Assembly: GCA_963745835.1 (NCBI GenBank)
Contig: CAVUZH010000024.1
Coordinates: forward strand, 64,001-128,000
Origin: an uncultured delta proteobacterium
GTDB lineage: Bacteria; Desulfobacterota; Binatia; UBA9968
Direction: 5' to 3'
Length of the DNA stretch: 64,000 nt
The notes under the pieces: generated by a model
What the model was told of the DNA's origin: nothing
Databases searched by the model: none
What the model saw: only the letters and a program-made list of their open reading frames with translations
Shown: positions 29,552-40,329 of the stretch, piece by piece
How the letters are laid out: each line of letters begins with the position of its first letter
How positions within the stretch are numbered: the first letter of the stretch is position 1
Translations under genes and position numbers: made by a program

Positions 29552-30298
29552 TCACTCAGATTTACGCCAGACATATGCGACACCTATACTTAGAATGTAT
29601 AGCAGCAGCATTGGTACGGCTAACAACAATTGATTAATGATATCCGGCGTCGGTGTTAAAAACGCAGCCAGTATGAATATCACAATAACCGCATAACGAA
29701 AGGACCGTCGCATGAAGCGGTGATCCCAGACTCCCAACCTGACGAGTACAAATGTGATAATTGGCAACTCAAAGGTGATTCCGAAGGCCAGCACCATACG
29801 AAAAAAAAAAGTGAAGTACTCGCCTAGCCGGATTGCCGGCGTAACTCCCAAAGTGCCGTACTGTTCGATAAAATACGAAAATGCCACCGGAAGGACAATT
29901 CGGTAACAGAAATACGCGCCGCCGAGAAAGAATAGAGTCGCACACAGAACAAACGGGATGACTAATCTGCTCTCGTTGCCGATCAGGCCCGGTCTGATGA
30001 AACGCCAGACTTCGTAAAAAACGAAAGGAGAGGAAAAAAGCACGCCCGCTAAAAACGAGACTTTTATTTCAGTGAAAAAGGCTTCGGTGACGGTAGTACC
30101 AATTAAATTTTGGCCGGGAGGCAGAATTTGCTTGAGCGGATCCACCATAACCGCAAAGATCGCATCGGCGAAAAAATAGCAGGCCAGTGAAGCGACAACA
30201 ACCGCAGCCAACGCCCTCAGCAAGCACCAACGAAGCTCTTCAAGGTGCTCCGTAAAAGTTAAATAACTATCCGATACCACAGGCCTTCCACGGCGCAA
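29552..30298 (-). CDS. tatC: Twin-arginine translocase subunit TatC
   Basis: TFTEHLEELR, YEVWRFIRPGL, FELP, AAFLTPTPD. Confidence 0.95.
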   Translation of the reverse strand: MRRGRPVVSDSYLTFTEHLEELRWCLLRALAAVVVASLACYFFADAIFAVMVDPLKQILPPGQNLIGTTVTEAFFTEIKVSFLAGVLFSSPFVFYEVWRFIRPGLIGNESRLVIPFVLCATLFFLGGAYFCYRIVLPVAFSYFIEQYGTLGVTPAIRLGEYFTFFFRMVLAFGITFELPIITFVLVRLGVWDHRFMRRSFRYAVIVIFILAAFLTPTPDIINQLLLAVPMLLLYILSIGVAYVWRKSE

Positions 30299-30301
30299 TT
30301 A

Positions 30302-30337
30302 CAAAAAGGGGAAGGATAATTACCCTTCCCCTTTTTG
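30302..30337. terminator. Rho-independent terminator after the proline-rich lipoprotein gene
   Basis: CAAAAAGGGGAAGG-loop-CCTTCCCCTTTTTG. Confidence 0.8.
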
Positions 30338-30365
30338 GTTGGCAAATAACCTGAGGGTTAGAACC

Positions 30366-30614
30366 TTACTTGGTTTTCGCCTCGTCCTTCGTTTCAGGAG
30401 CTTTTTCACTAGTGGCTGGAGCCCCCGCATCGCCGCCCGGTGTCGGCGTTGCTGGTGCCGGTTCCGCCGGAGCTGGCGGCGGTGCTGGCTCTGCAGCTGG
30501 TGGAGGCGGAGGCGGCGGTGGAGCCGGCTCTTCTTTCTTGCCGCACCCTGCACTTGCAAGAGTCAAAGTAAAGAGGGATATCCCTGACATTAGAACAATT
30601 TTCTTACCGATCAT
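30366..30614 (-). CDS. Small proline-rich lipoprotein
   Basis: GGAGGTG RBS, signal peptide with lipobox SAGC, then GKKEEPAPPPPPPPPAAEPAPPPAP. Confidence 0.75.
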   Translation of the reverse strand: MIGKKIVLMSGISLFTLTLASAGCGKKEEPAPPPPPPPPAAEPAPPPAPAEPAPATPTPGGDAGAPATSEKAPETKDEAKTK

Positions 30615-31079
30615 TAGTTCACCTCCTTTCCCGTCACACATCTACAAAAAACGTTTAACTAAGTAAATTTTATTACATATGTCAGTCGTGGATGCAAGGC
30701 TTTTGAACGCTTCGAGAGCGCGCGCCGCTATAGTCAACGATTACAGAAGAGCGACTTTCAGCAAGAATCGCTGCGCGCAACATTTCACTCGGTCTTCATA
30801 CGTTGGCCAGCTCTCCGTTCAAAGCGGCAGAGATATTGTGCCGGAGATCAGTCGAACCAAAAGCTGGCTTTGTGTTTAGGCAGCAGCCAATTGTCAAACG
30901 AGCCTGCTATCCGTGATGCCCGCGAATTTTGATCCGAGGAATGATGTTGGCCACAGTTCTTGTGCATAAGTTGTTGATAACCGAACGAGAACCGGCGTGT
31001 ACCTGCGAAAGATCGCGGATCCGAGCAGAATGCCCGGTTTGACAGCAGTCTTTCCCCTAGTTCCGTCCATGCTTACGAG

Positions 31080-32741
31080 TCAGCGTCTGCGCAGGCGCGA
31101 CTGCGCCGCGCGCCGGCATTGATCTAAAATCTGCCATTCAGTACTCCTAAGCAGATAACTGAGCCCGAGATACAATGATATTCCGAGACAAATCAGGCAA
31201 GCCAGAATCAAAGCTTTCGAATACACGGCGATTCCGGTGCCTGTCCAGTCAACTTTACCAGCGAGCCAAAAAAGCGGTATCGCCATAAGCAAGGTACTGA
31301 TGAGATTCCGCAGAAAGGAGTGGGCGACATCTCCTAATGGAATTCCTTCTAGGCGCCTATGCAGAATAAACAACAAGATAAAGAAGTTGCATAAGGAGGA
31401 AATCGTTGTCGCTAACGCAAGTCCGCCATGCCCCAACGAAACTAAACCGATGCTAACTGATGCCGAAGCGACCATTCGGGTTATCACGCCGGCGGAATTG
31501 CCATCAACATTGATCTCACCCATCAGCGCAAGACTGGCAACGAGATTTATGACAAACGCTATGATTCCAACAAATACCGGGGTCTTAGTGTCCTCCATTG
31601 CATAAAACACTGGCGCGACTAACTTCGTTCCTGAGATACTCCAGAGCCCGAATGAAAAAAAAATGAGGGCTTGAGCCGAGTTCAGCGTGGCGGTCGAATC
31701 GAACGCGCCTCGTTGAAAAAAGATCGCGAATAACGGAACCGCCAGGACAGCTAAGCCGGCTGTCGCGGGTAAACAAATGAAATTAACGATTCTGAGCGCG
31801 TACGCCAGCGTCGCGCGAAGCTCTTTGACGTTACCCGTAACCACCAATGTGGAAAAGCTGGGTAGGGCTGCCGTGCCCAGGGCTATAGCAAAAATTCCCA
31901 CCGGAAACTCTAAAAATCGGTCTGCATAATACAGATAAGAAACGCTTCCGCTCGGCAGAAAGGAAGCCAGCATAGTGCTAACCAGAACGTTGATTTGATA
32001 CACCGCCGCTCCGAATGCCGCTGGTCCCATCAGGTACAACAGACGACCCAATCCCGGGTGTTTTAAATTAAAATTAAACCGCAAATGAATACCTTGTTTC
32101 AGCAAATAAGGTATCTGAAATACAAGCTGCGCCGCTCCACCGATCAGAACTCCGAACGCCAGCCCAAGGATCGGTTCATCCAGCAACGGGTAAAACAGAA
32201 TTGCGCAGACGATATTGCAGAGGTTGAATAGAACGGGCGACATCGCTGGCGCCATAAAATGGCGCAGTGCGTTGAGTACTCCCATGGCCAAAGCAACCAG
32301 ACTGACGAAAAAGATATAGGGAAACATCCAACGGGTCAGCGATACCGCCACCTCAAATTTCTCAGGCTCCTGGACAAAACCGGGAGCGAAGAACTGAGTA
32401 AGAGGGCGGGCAAAAACGATTCCGAACAATGTAATCACAGCGAGAAATATAGCTAAAAAGGTAAATACAATTTGAGTAACTTTAATCGCCTCGGCCTTTC
32501 CTTCTTTGGCCAAGTAGTTGGTAAAGACCGGTATAAAGGCTACCGTCAAAGCGCCTTCCGCTGTAAGTCGCCGCAAAAGATTGGGGATTCTAAAGGCGAC
32601 GAAGTAGGCATCGGCGGCACCCTGCGCGCCAAAGAGAAACCCGATAACAATATCGCGAAACAAACCCGAGACTCGGCTGAGCAAGGTGAAAAAGCCTACC
32701 ACTCCGGCGGCCCGCGTTAATTTCCCGGCTTCCTCGTTCAA
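31080..32741 (-). CDS. murJ: Lipid II flippase MurJ
   Basis: SRVSGLFRD, AFRIPNLLRRL.AEGA, LYYADRFLEFPVG, FYAMEDTKTP. Confidence 0.96.
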   Translation of the reverse strand: MNEEAGKLTRAAGVVGFFTLLSRVSGLFRDIVIGFLFGAQGAADAYFVAFRIPNLLRRLTAEGALTVAFIPVFTNYLAKEGKAEAIKVTQIVFTFLAIFLAVITLFGIVFARPLTQFFAPGFVQEPEKFEVAVSLTRWMFPYIFFVSLVALAMGVLNALRHFMAPAMSPVLFNLCNIVCAILFYPLLDEPILGLAFGVLIGGAAQLVFQIPYLLKQGIHLRFNFNLKHPGLGRLLYLMGPAAFGAAVYQINVLVSTMLASFLPSGSVSYLYYADRFLEFPVGIFAIALGTAALPSFSTLVVTGNVKELRATLAYALRIVNFICLPATAGLAVLAVPLFAIFFQRGAFDSTATLNSAQALIFFSFGLWSISGTKLVAPVFYAMEDTKTPVFVGIIAFVINLVASLALMGEINVDGNSAGVITRMVASASVSIGLVSLGHGGLALATTISSLCNFFILLFILHRRLEGIPLGDVAHSFLRNLISTLLMAIPLFWLAGKVDWTGTGIAVYSKALILACLICLGISLYLGLSYLLRSTEWQILDQCRRAAQSRLRRR

Positions 32742-32799
32742 ATTGACTCCGATAACCCAAGATGGTAGGTAAATGGAAACATTATTTAGGAGGCTAGCT

Positions 32800-33072
32800 T
32801 TGGCAGTTCATCCGTCGGTAATTAAAAGACACAGGCAAAGTCTGAAACGAAAGGCAAGAAACCAGGAGACGAGATCCAAGGTGAGGACCTTGATCAAAAA
32901 AGCGCGCCAGGCAGTCTCAACTCAAACACCCGATTCTCAGGGCGCTGATATCAAAGCCGTCAATAAGGCACTCGGTAAGGCGGTGAGCAAGGGAATCATC
33001 AATCGAAATACCGCATCACGCTGGCTTTCCCGATTGGCACGGGCGGCCGCTCGCACCTCCCCGTCTGCATAG
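32800..33072 (+). CDS. rpsT: 30S ribosomal protein S20 (TTG start)
   Basis: AGGAGG RBS; AVHPSVIKRHRQSLKRKARN...KGIINRNTASRWLSRL. Confidence 0.93.
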   Translation: MAVHPSVIKRHRQSLKRKARNQETRSKVRTLIKKARQAVSTQTPDSQGADIKAVNKALGKAVSKGIINRNTASRWLSRLARAAARTSPSA

Positions 33073-33120
33073 CAGGCGTATCCTCGCTACCCGTCAATGC
33101 GGCCGCAGGACTGTCGGGCG

Positions 33121-33744
33121 TTAGAACATCTCCATCAATCTTTGATGCAGCTCTCGCGCAAAACGTTCGACTAGCTGTCCCCGCACCGCGCGGTTTTCTG
33201 TCTCGGTCAATTGGATATCAGTCAGCCGACGAACGTCCGACGCATCCAACGTCCTGGTTTTGAATTCCGAGGAGCTGGTCACTACCGCGGCCCGGGAGCC
33301 GCCAGAGATATCCGTCAGGCGCGTGCCCTGGGTTCGCCAGATAATTTCATTTGGCTCTCGACGACGCAGCGATGCATCGACAACCATGGCCGTTTCATAC
33401 TGAAGCACTTCGTCATAGCGGTTAACTGAAGCGACATGGCTCTCAAACGAGCGCACGACTCCCGCAACAATCCCGTCGGCTTGATCAAGCGTATCAACCA
33501 CACGGAGTTGCCCGCGCCGGTAAAATTCGCTACGCAGCGCTGAGGTTAGTTCTTTCTCCAGACCGACATTGCGCGTTTGATTGATGAACGCTTCAATGTA
33601 AACCGTCCGGATGTCGTTCGGAAAAGCCTCGCTTCGTCCGGCAAATGAATAGCCGCAGCCAGCCATTAACAGAGCGGCACAAAGGTAACCGAGTGTGGTT
33701 AACGCACTTGCCCGTTCCATAGTTTGCCGCAGAGTATTTTTCAA
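33121..33744 (-). CDS. lptE: LPS assembly lipoprotein LptE
   Basis: Lipobox LMAGC-GYSF; directly downstream of leuS. Confidence 0.82.
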   Translation of the reverse strand: MKNTLRQTMERASALTTLGYLCAALLMAGCGYSFAGRSEAFPNDIRTVYIEAFINQTRNVGLEKELTSALRSEFYRRGQLRVVDTLDQADGIVAGVVRSFESHVASVNRYDEVLQYETAMVVDASLRRREPNEIIWRTQGTRLTDISGGSRAAVVTSSSEFKTRTLDASDVRRLTDIQLTETENRAVRGQLVERFARELHQRLMEMF

Positions 33745-33747
33745 GCC

Positions 33748-36342
33748 TCATCCCTCCAAGACAATGTTGACCAGCCTCCGCGGTACGTAAACGATCCGCT
33801 GGACCTTTTTCCGGCCGATAAAAGCTTTAACCCTTGGCTCTGCCAGAGCGTCAGTCTCAACCTGATCTCTCTGGATATCGGCAGGGACGGTCATTTTCCC
33901 GCGCACTTTGCCGTTGACTTGCAAGACGATAAGAAATTGCTCTTCTTCGAGCGCCTCCGGTGAATACTCCGGCCAGGGTATTTGATCCAGTGGTTGGCTT
34001 TTGTTGATGTTTTGCCAGAGTTCGCTCATCAAGTGCGGCACGAATGGATAGAGAAGCAGGATGATCGTTTCCATGCCGGTCCTGATCACCGGCGCAGCCA
34101 AGCGTCCTCCGTCCCGGTTCGCGGCAATATTGAGTGCGTTAAAGAGCTCCATAATAGCCGCAACCGCGGTATTGAAGTGAAATCTTCCATCGATATCATC
34201 CGTGACCTTCTTGATCGTCCGGTGGATCATGCGACGGAGGTCACGCAGCTCAGCGGCTCCGTTGAGCTGTCCCAAATCGGCATCGTCAACAAGCAGCATT
34301 TCTCGATGCTGTGAAACAAAGCGCCACAGCCGACTTAGAAACCGAGACGCCCCCTCTACTCCTTGATCGCTCCATTCAAGATCCTTCTCCGGAGGAGCCG
34401 CAAACAAGGTGAATAGCCGAGCCGTGTCGGCGCCGTAGGCTGCGACAAGTTCTTCCGGATCGACGATGTTTTTCTTCGACTTGGACATTTTTTCAACGCG
34501 GCCCTTTTCGACCGGCCGTGTGCAATGAGGGCAGCGCCATCCATCCTTTTCCGAACCGGCAAGTTCGGTGGGCAGGAGCCAATTATGCTCCAGGCAGCGA
34601 TAGGTTTCTTTGCAAACCATTCCTTGGGTAAGAAGATTGGTAAAAGGCTCATCCATATTGGCAAGCCCAACATCCCTCAGAGCTTTGGTAAAGAACCGAG
34701 CATAGAGCAGGTGCAGCACGGCATGCTCGACACCGCCGATATATTGATCCACTGCCATCCAGTACTCGGCCTGTTTAGCATCAAAGGGAGCAGTAATCGT
34801 TCTCGGAGAAGCGTAACGCAAGTAATACCATGACGAATCAACGAAAGTATCCATGGTGTCGGTTTCGCGACGAGCGGCGGCACCGCATTGGGGGCACTGA
34901 ACATCAGTAAAATTTTTGCTGGCAGCAAGCGGAGAGCGGCCCTTGCCGGTAAACGGCACATTGATGGGAAGGGTAACAGGGAGCTGATCTTCAGGCACGG
35001 GCATGACGCCACAACGCTCACAGTAAATAATCGGAATCGGCGTTCCCCAATAACGTTGCCGCGACACACCCCAATCGCGCAGGCGGTAGCGAACGGCCTT
35101 TTTACCCCATCCCTCTTTTTCGAGATGCTCGGCAATTTTTTCTTTTCCGTCGATGTTGCTTAAACCGCTAAACGGCCCGCTATTGACCATCATGCCTTCA
35201 TCAACATACGCTTCGGTCAAATCTTCGGCGCGCAGAACACTGCCCGCGGGTTGAATCACAACGCGGATCGGCAATCCATACTTGCGGGCGAATTCGAAAT
35301 CCCTTTGATCGTGGGCAGGCACCGCCATGACGGCGCCTGTGCCGTACTCCATCAAGACAAAGTTCGCAAGATAAATCGGAATATTTTCACCGGTGAAGGG
35401 ATTCGTGCAGTACGCTCCGGTGAAGATTCCTTCCTTTTCACCTTCTTCACTGCCACGCCCCGTCGACTTCTGCTGTTTTATTTTCTCGGTAAATTCTCGA
35501 ACAGCATCTTCTTGTGGTAGCCCTTGAGAAAGCTTCAAAGCCAAAGGATGCTCAACCGCCAGCGAGATAAACGTGGCGCCAAATACGGTGTCAGGACGAG
35601 TGGTGAAAACTTTCAGCGTTTCTGCACGCCCGACGAGCGGAAAGATGATTTCCGCGCCGACGGATTTGCCGATCCAATTGCGCTGCATGAGCAGAACTTT
35701 CTCGGGCCAACCAGAGAGTCTTTCGAGATCTTGTAACAGCTCCTCGGCGTATTCGGTGATGCGAAAAAACCATTGATCCAATTCTTTCTGAGTCACTGTA
35801 GATTCACAGCGCCAACAAACGCCTTCAATCACCTGTTCATTAGCGAGGACGGTTTCGCAGGAAGGACACCAATTAACTAAAGAACTCTTCTTGTATGCCA
35901 GCCCGCGTTTATAGAACTGCAGAAATATCCATTGATTCCAGCGGTAATATTCGGGATGGCAAGTGGCGATCTCACGCGACCAATCGTAGGACAGGCCCAT
36001 ACGCTTGAGCTGCGCTTTCATGTACAAGATGTTTTCTTGAGTCCACTTCTCGGGATGAATTCCCCGTTCGATGGCAGCATTCTCCGCTGGAAGGCCGAAG
36101 GCATCCCACCCCATGGGATGAAGCACGTTGTATCCGCGCATGCGCTTGTAACGAGCAACCACATCACCGATGGAATAATTGCGCACATGGCCCATGTGAA
36201 TACGGCCCGAAGGATAAGGAAACATCTCAAGCACGTAGTACTTAGGTTTTCCCTGCTCTTCGGCAGCTTGAAAGGATTTATTTTCCTCCCAGAATTTCTG
36301 CCACTTCTCTTCGATTTCTCTGGGTTGGTAACGCGATTCCAT
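33748..36342 (-). CDS. leuS: Leucine--tRNA ligase (start at ATG 36342)
   Basis: [33 protein letters not shown]. Confidence 0.98.
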   Translation of the reverse strand: MESRYQPREIEEKWQKFWEENKSFQAAEEQGKPKYYVLEMFPYPSGRIHMGHVRNYSIGDVVARYKRMRGYNVLHPMGWDAFGLPAENAAIERGIHPEKWTQENILYMKAQLKRMGLSYDWSREIATCHPEYYRWNQWIFLQFYKRGLAYKKSSLVNWCPSCETVLANEQVIEGVCWRCESTVTQKELDQWFFRITEYAEELLQDLERLSGWPEKVLLMQRNWIGKSVGAEIIFPLVGRAETLKVFTTRPDTVFGATFISLAVEHPLALKLSQGLPQEDAVREFTEKIKQQKSTGRGSEEGEKEGIFTGAYCTNPFTGENIPIYLANFVLMEYGTGAVMAVPAHDQRDFEFARKYGLPIRVVIQPAGSVLRAEDLTEAYVDEGMMVNSGPFSGLSNIDGKEKIAEHLEKEGWGKKAVRYRLRDWGVSRQRYWGTPIPIIYCERCGVMPVPEDQLPVTLPINVPFTGKGRSPLAASKNFTDVQCPQCGAAARRETDTMDTFVDSSWYYLRYASPRTITAPFDAKQAEYWMAVDQYIGGVEHAVLHLLYARFFTKALRDVGLANMDEPFTNLLTQGMVCKETYRCLEHNWLLPTELAGSEKDGWRCPHCTRPVEKGRVEKMSKSKKNIVDPEELVAAYGADTARLFTLFAAPPEKDLEWSDQGVEGASRFLSRLWRFVSQHREMLLVDDADLGQLNGAAELRDLRRMIHRTIKKVTDDIDGRFHFNTAVAAIMELFNALNIAANRDGGRLAAPVIRTGMETIILLLYPFVPHLMSELWQNINKSQPLDQIPWPEYSPEALEEEQFLIVLQVNGKVRGKMTVPADIQRDQVETDALAEPRVKAFIGRKKVQRIVYVPRRLVNIVLEG

Positions 36343-36346
36343 GCTG

Positions 36347-36763
36347 TCAGTGAGCTTTGGCAATCTCTGCATGCGCCAGCTGATCCAACACGCCGTTGAT
36401 AAACGAACCCGAATCGCCGGTGCCGAACCGTTTGCCCATCTCGATAGCTTCATCGAGACTGACATTGAGGGGAATGTCCGGGCAGAAGATCAATTCGTAT
36501 GCCGCCATCCGGAGAATTAGCAGATCCACTTTGGCCATGCGCACGAGCCTCCAGTTTTCCGTGCACTGCTCGATCAATCGATCGATATCGGGACGTTGGC
36601 TGACGACTCCGGATACTAAACGGCGCGCGAATTCTTTGGCCGGCGCACTGCCTTCGAAATGACTGAGGAAGAGATCAACCGCTGCCGCTGAAGCATCCCC
36701 GGTAATTTCAATCTGATAGAGAGCCTGGAGGGCCAACTCCCTGCCTTTGCGCCTAGTTCCCAT
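36347..36763 (-). CDS. nusB: Transcription antitermination factor NusB
   Basis: [32 protein letters not shown]. Confidence 0.96.
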   Translation of the reverse strand: MGTRRKGRELALQALYQIEITGDASAAAVDLFLSHFEGSAPAKEFARRLVSGVVSQRPDIDRLIEQCTENWRLVRMAKVDLLILRMAAYELIFCPDIPLNVSLDEAIEMGKRFGTGDSGSFINGVLDQLAHAEIAKAH

Positions 36764-36835
36764 GACTAAAAGAATCTTTGTGGATATTCTGAACGATCCG
36801 ACGCCAGTCCCCTCGACGACGACAAATCCATACGG

Positions 36836-37306
36836 TTATCGAGCAAGCTGGCGCAGCACGTTTACCATCTCAATGGCAGTTAAAGCGGCTTCATATCCTT
36901 TGTTCGCATCCTTCACTCCGGAGCGTTCCATTGCCTGTTGCACGTTGTCGGTTGTCAGGACACCGAAACCGATCGGGATGCGGTATTCCCAAACGGCCTT
37001 GCTAAGTCCATGAGTTACAGCATCGCAGACATACTCGAAATGCGGCGTATCGCCTCGAATCACGGCACCCAGACACACGAGCGCATCAAATTTTCCGCTG
37101 GCCGACATCCTTGCCGCGACGATGGGAATTTCAAACGCTCCGGGCACATGAACCACCGTCAGATCGTCATCCGCGCCGCCATGAGTCTTCAGACCTTCCA
37201 ATGCGCCTTGGAGAAGCTTGACGGTAATGAAATTATTGAATCGGCTGACAATGACGCCGATTTTCATGCCGCGCGCATCAACGGTGCCTTCGATGACTTT
37301 GGCCAT
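36836..37306 (-). CDS. ribH: 6,7-dimethyl-8-ribityllumazine synthase
   Basis: SRFNNFI, VPGAFEIP, GAVIRGDTPHFEYV. Confidence 0.97.
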   Translation of the reverse strand: MAKVIEGTVDARGMKIGVIVSRFNNFITVKLLQGALEGLKTHGGADDDLTVVHVPGAFEIPIVAARMSASGKFDALVCLGAVIRGDTPHFEYVCDAVTHGLSKAVWEYRIPIGFGVLTTDNVQQAMERSGVKDANKGYEAALTAIEMVNVLRQLAR

Positions 37307-37316
37307 AAACGGAACG

Positions 37317-38543
37317 TTAAGATTTGGCCGGTTTCGCTTCCAGATTGGTTAGCAAGTGGCCGAGTTTTTTTTGCTTGGTGCGCAGGTAATGAATATTGGT
37401 GTCACGAGGCGATACTTCGAGAGGAACTCTTTCTTTGACCCTGACCCCGTACTCTTCGATACCAGAAATTTTTCGCGGGTTGTTGGTCAACAGGCGAACG
37501 CTTTTCACCCCGAGATCCCGCAGCATCTGAGCGGCGATCCCATAGTCCCGGAGATCTTCTTTGAACCCTAGTTCCAGATTGGCCTCCACGGTATCATAGC
37601 CCCGATCCTGCAACGCATATGCTTTAATCTTGTTGGTGAGGCCTATGCCGCGACCCTCTTGATGCATATAAACTAGTACCCCTTTGCCAGCCTGATCAAT
37701 GAGCCTGAGTGATTGGCGGATCTGGTCGCCACAGTCGCAACGCTCTGAGCCGAAAACATCTCCGGTCAAGCATTCCGAATGCAAACGCACCAGGACGCTG
37801 TCTGGATTGCTGATATCCCCTTTAACCAGCGCCATATGCTCGGAAGCATCCACTTCGTTTCGATAAACGATAGCCTTGTACATGCCGCCATGGATTGTTG
37901 GAAAGATTTCCTCGGCGGCTCGTTTGACCAAGCTTTCATTGCGCAAGCGATAAGCGATCAGCCGGGTCACGGCCACGACTTTTATACCCAGCCGCTCCGC
38001 GAGCTGTTCCAGATCCGGCAACAATGCCACAGCACCGTCATCATTGAGTATGTGGCAGATCACCCCTGCAGGAGTAAATCCGCACAAGCGCGCTAAATCG
38101 ATCGAAGCTTCCGCTCGCCCCGAGCGTGCCAGTACTCCCCCGGAGCGCGCTTGGATCGGCTGGATATGTCCCGGGACGATTAAGTCCGCATGTTTTGCTT
38201 GATCCGCAACAGCGACTTGAATCGTATGCGCGCGCCCCTTGGCGGAGACCGCGGGCACACCTTCGAGCCGCGCGGAAAAGGCCGCTCCGAATAGATGCCC
38301 CGAGAAGTTGCTGCTCTCATGCGGAATCAGCAGAATGCCCAGTTGGCGAATTCGCTCTTCGGTGAGTGCCAGATAAATGACCCCTCTGCCGTGGTGCAGC
38401 ATCTGATTGATGATGTCGGCGTTGACTTTCTCGGCCGGAACGCAAAAAAACCCGTCGCTGTCTGCAGCCTCCTCATTGACGAGAATAATCATCCGCCCCT
38501 GGCGAAGGTCTTCGAGGGCTTCATCAATACTGGAGATGGGCAT
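37317..38543 (-). CDS. ribBA: RibBA-type fusion: intact GTP cyclohydrolase II, degenerate DHBP synthase domain
   Basis: RLHSECLTGDVFGSERCDCG, QEGRGIGL, LTNNPRK intact; RibB active-site motifs substituted. Confidence 0.92.
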   Translation of the reverse strand: MPISSIDEALEDLRQGRMIILVNEEAADSDGFFCVPAEKVNADIINQMLHHGRGVIYLALTEERIRQLGILLIPHESSNFSGHLFGAAFSARLEGVPAVSAKGRAHTIQVAVADQAKHADLIVPGHIQPIQARSGGVLARSGRAEASIDLARLCGFTPAGVICHILNDDGAVALLPDLEQLAERLGIKVVAVTRLIAYRLRNESLVKRAAEEIFPTIHGGMYKAIVYRNEVDASEHMALVKGDISNPDSVLVRLHSECLTGDVFGSERCDCGDQIRQSLRLIDQAGKGVLVYMHQEGRGIGLTNKIKAYALQDRGYDTVEANLELGFKEDLRDYGIAAQMLRDLGVKSVRLLTNNPRKISGIEEYGVRVKERVPLEVSPRDTNIHYLRTKQKKLGHLLTNLEAKPAKS

Positions 38544-38568
38544 GGTGGTACCTAAATGGCGTCGAGCG

Positions 38569-39174
38569 TTAAAGCTGATTTTTAGTTCGTTGGTTAACGA
38601 AGTGACGAACGTACTTGCCGATCAGATCTGTTTCGACATTGACTTTATCACCAACCCTACGGGCGCGCAAATTAGTGTTTTGCAAAGTAAATGGGATAAT
38701 CGCGACGCTGAACTCCCGGGCGCTGCATCGGTTTACAGTCAAGCTGATTCCATCAACGGCAACCGACCCCTTGGAGACCAGCAGTGATCCCAAACGTTGC
38801 GCAAGCCGGAAGGAAAAAAATGTGAAATCTCCTTTTTTTTCGACCGAATGCACAATCCCGACGCCGTCTATGTGGCCGGTAACCAAATGCCCGCCCAGCC
38901 GATCCTCGAGCCGCATCGAACGTTCGAGATTGAGCAGTGTGCCAGGTTCGAGAGTAGCTAAACTGGTGCGCTCCAATGTCTCCGGCGAAACATCAAAGGC
39001 CACTGTCCTTTTGCCTTTTTGAACGACCGTTAAGCATGCGCCGTTGACGGCGATACTAGCGCCCAATGGGATCCCCCGAGGTGCCAAACTTGATTCCACA
39101 GTCAAAACCGCTGACTGCTTACTGAGCACTAAGCTAGCGACGCGTCCGACATCTTCGATCAGACCGGTAAACAT
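38569..39174 (-). CDS. ribE: Riboflavin synthase (alpha chain)
   Basis: MFTGLIE, NGACLTV, GGHLVTGHID, DGISLTVN. Confidence 0.96.
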   Translation of the reverse strand: MFTGLIEDVGRVASLVLSKQSAVLTVESSLAPRGIPLGASIAVNGACLTVVQKGKRTVAFDVSPETLERTSLATLEPGTLLNLERSMRLEDRLGGHLVTGHIDGVGIVHSVEKKGDFTFFSFRLAQRLGSLLVSKGSVAVDGISLTVNRCSAREFSVAIIPFTLQNTNLRARRVGDKVNVETDLIGKYVRHFVNQRTKNQL

Positions 39175-39195
39175 GATGCAGGCGAACCTTCCAGC

Positions 39196-40326
39196 TTAGC
39201 GCAATCGGCCAGCCCCGCTCGTCTCAAGGTATCCTGAAACCAGCAAGTCGGCGCCTGATTTCTGAATTGTCAGATTCTGAAGTATGACAGATTGCTTGAT
39301 ATGTTCGACTCCCAAGCTGTCGATCATGTAACGCCCGTCGCCACCCAGAAGTTTTGGGGCATAGAAAAGCAGCATCTTGTCTACCATCTTCTCCTTCAAA
39401 GCGCCGGCAGCGGTGGTTGCCCCGCCTTCAATAAGCACGCTGGCAATGCCGGTTTTGGCCAGTTTTCTCAGCAGCGGAAGCCACCGCACCGCGCCTTCGC
39501 GCGCAGGCATCCGCCAAACCGTTGTGCCTAAATTTTCCAGCGCGCGAATCTTACCCGCGGGTGCGGTATCGCTTGTCACAACGATGTTTTTATCGCTGCT
39601 GCGCTGGCGCAAAAACTGGGCGTCAAGAGGAACTCGTAAACGCGCATCAAGGATGATCCTCCAAGGATCTCGTCCTCCCGGCATACGGCAAGTCAATTGC
39701 GGATTGTCGGTAATCACCGTGCCCGCTCCCACCAGCACCGCATCGTAGCGATTGCGCAAGCGATGCACGGTGGCGCGAGATTCTTCGCAGCTAATCCAAC
39801 GGGCATCTCCGCTCGCCGTAGCAATCTTTCCGTCGAGTGACGCCGCCAGCTTGAGCGCAACAAACGGCACTCCGCAAGTAATGAACTTGGTAAATGCCTC
39901 GTTCAGTGCTCGACATTCTGCTTCGAGAACACCGGTGCGAACTTTTATGCCCGCCCGGGTAAGGGCTCGCAGTCCTTTGCCGGATACCAATGGATTAGGG
40001 TCTTTCATGCCGACAACTATTTCCTTGACACCTGCAGCGATCAAAGCGCGGGTGCATGGCGGTGTTCTACCGTAGTGATTGCATGGTTCGAGATTGATAT
40101 AGAGTATGGCTCCCTTAGCCTTACTACCGGCCTTTTCGAGAGCAACGATCTCGGCGTGGTCGCCGCCGGCAAATTGGTGAAAACCAGATGCGATCATTTT
40201 CCCATCGCGCAGCAGCACCGCGCCGACCATAGGGTTGGGGCTGGTCCTTCCGGCGGCTTTCGCAGCAAGGCGGCAGGCCATCCGCATATAGAGCCGATCA
40301 AGTTGCTCTTGGCGTCGCAGCCGCAC
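39196..40326 (-). CDS. ribD: Bifunctional riboflavin deaminase/reductase
   Basis: SPNPMVGAV, HAE, LEPCNHYGRTPPC, KLAASLDGKIA, IEGG. Confidence 0.96.
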   Translation of the reverse strand: MRLRRQEQLDRLYMRMACRLAAKAAGRTSPNPMVGAVLLRDGKMIASGFHQFAGGDHAEIVALEKAGSKAKGAILYINLEPCNHYGRTPPCTRALIAAGVKEIVVGMKDPNPLVSGKGLRALTRAGIKVRTGVLEAECRALNEAFTKFITCGVPFVALKLAASLDGKIATASGDARWISCEESRATVHRLRNRYDAVLVGAGTVITDNPQLTCRMPGGRDPWRIILDARLRVPLDAQFLRQRSSDKNIVVTSDTAPAGKIRALENLGTTVWRMPAREGAVRWLPLLRKLAKTGIASVLIEGGATTAAGALKEKMVDKMLLFYAPKLLGGDGRYMIDSLGVEHIKQSVILQNLTIQKSGADLLVSGYLETSGAGRLR

Positions 40327-40329
40327 CGG

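Noticed and set aside
30320-30666. Gly-rich and Arg-rich overlapping ORFs
   Set aside because: Shadow frames of the proline-rich lipoprotein, which has the RBS and lipobox
30640-31080. Replication origin
   Set aside because: Only two good DnaA boxes, no dnaA nearby and no switch in gene-strand bias
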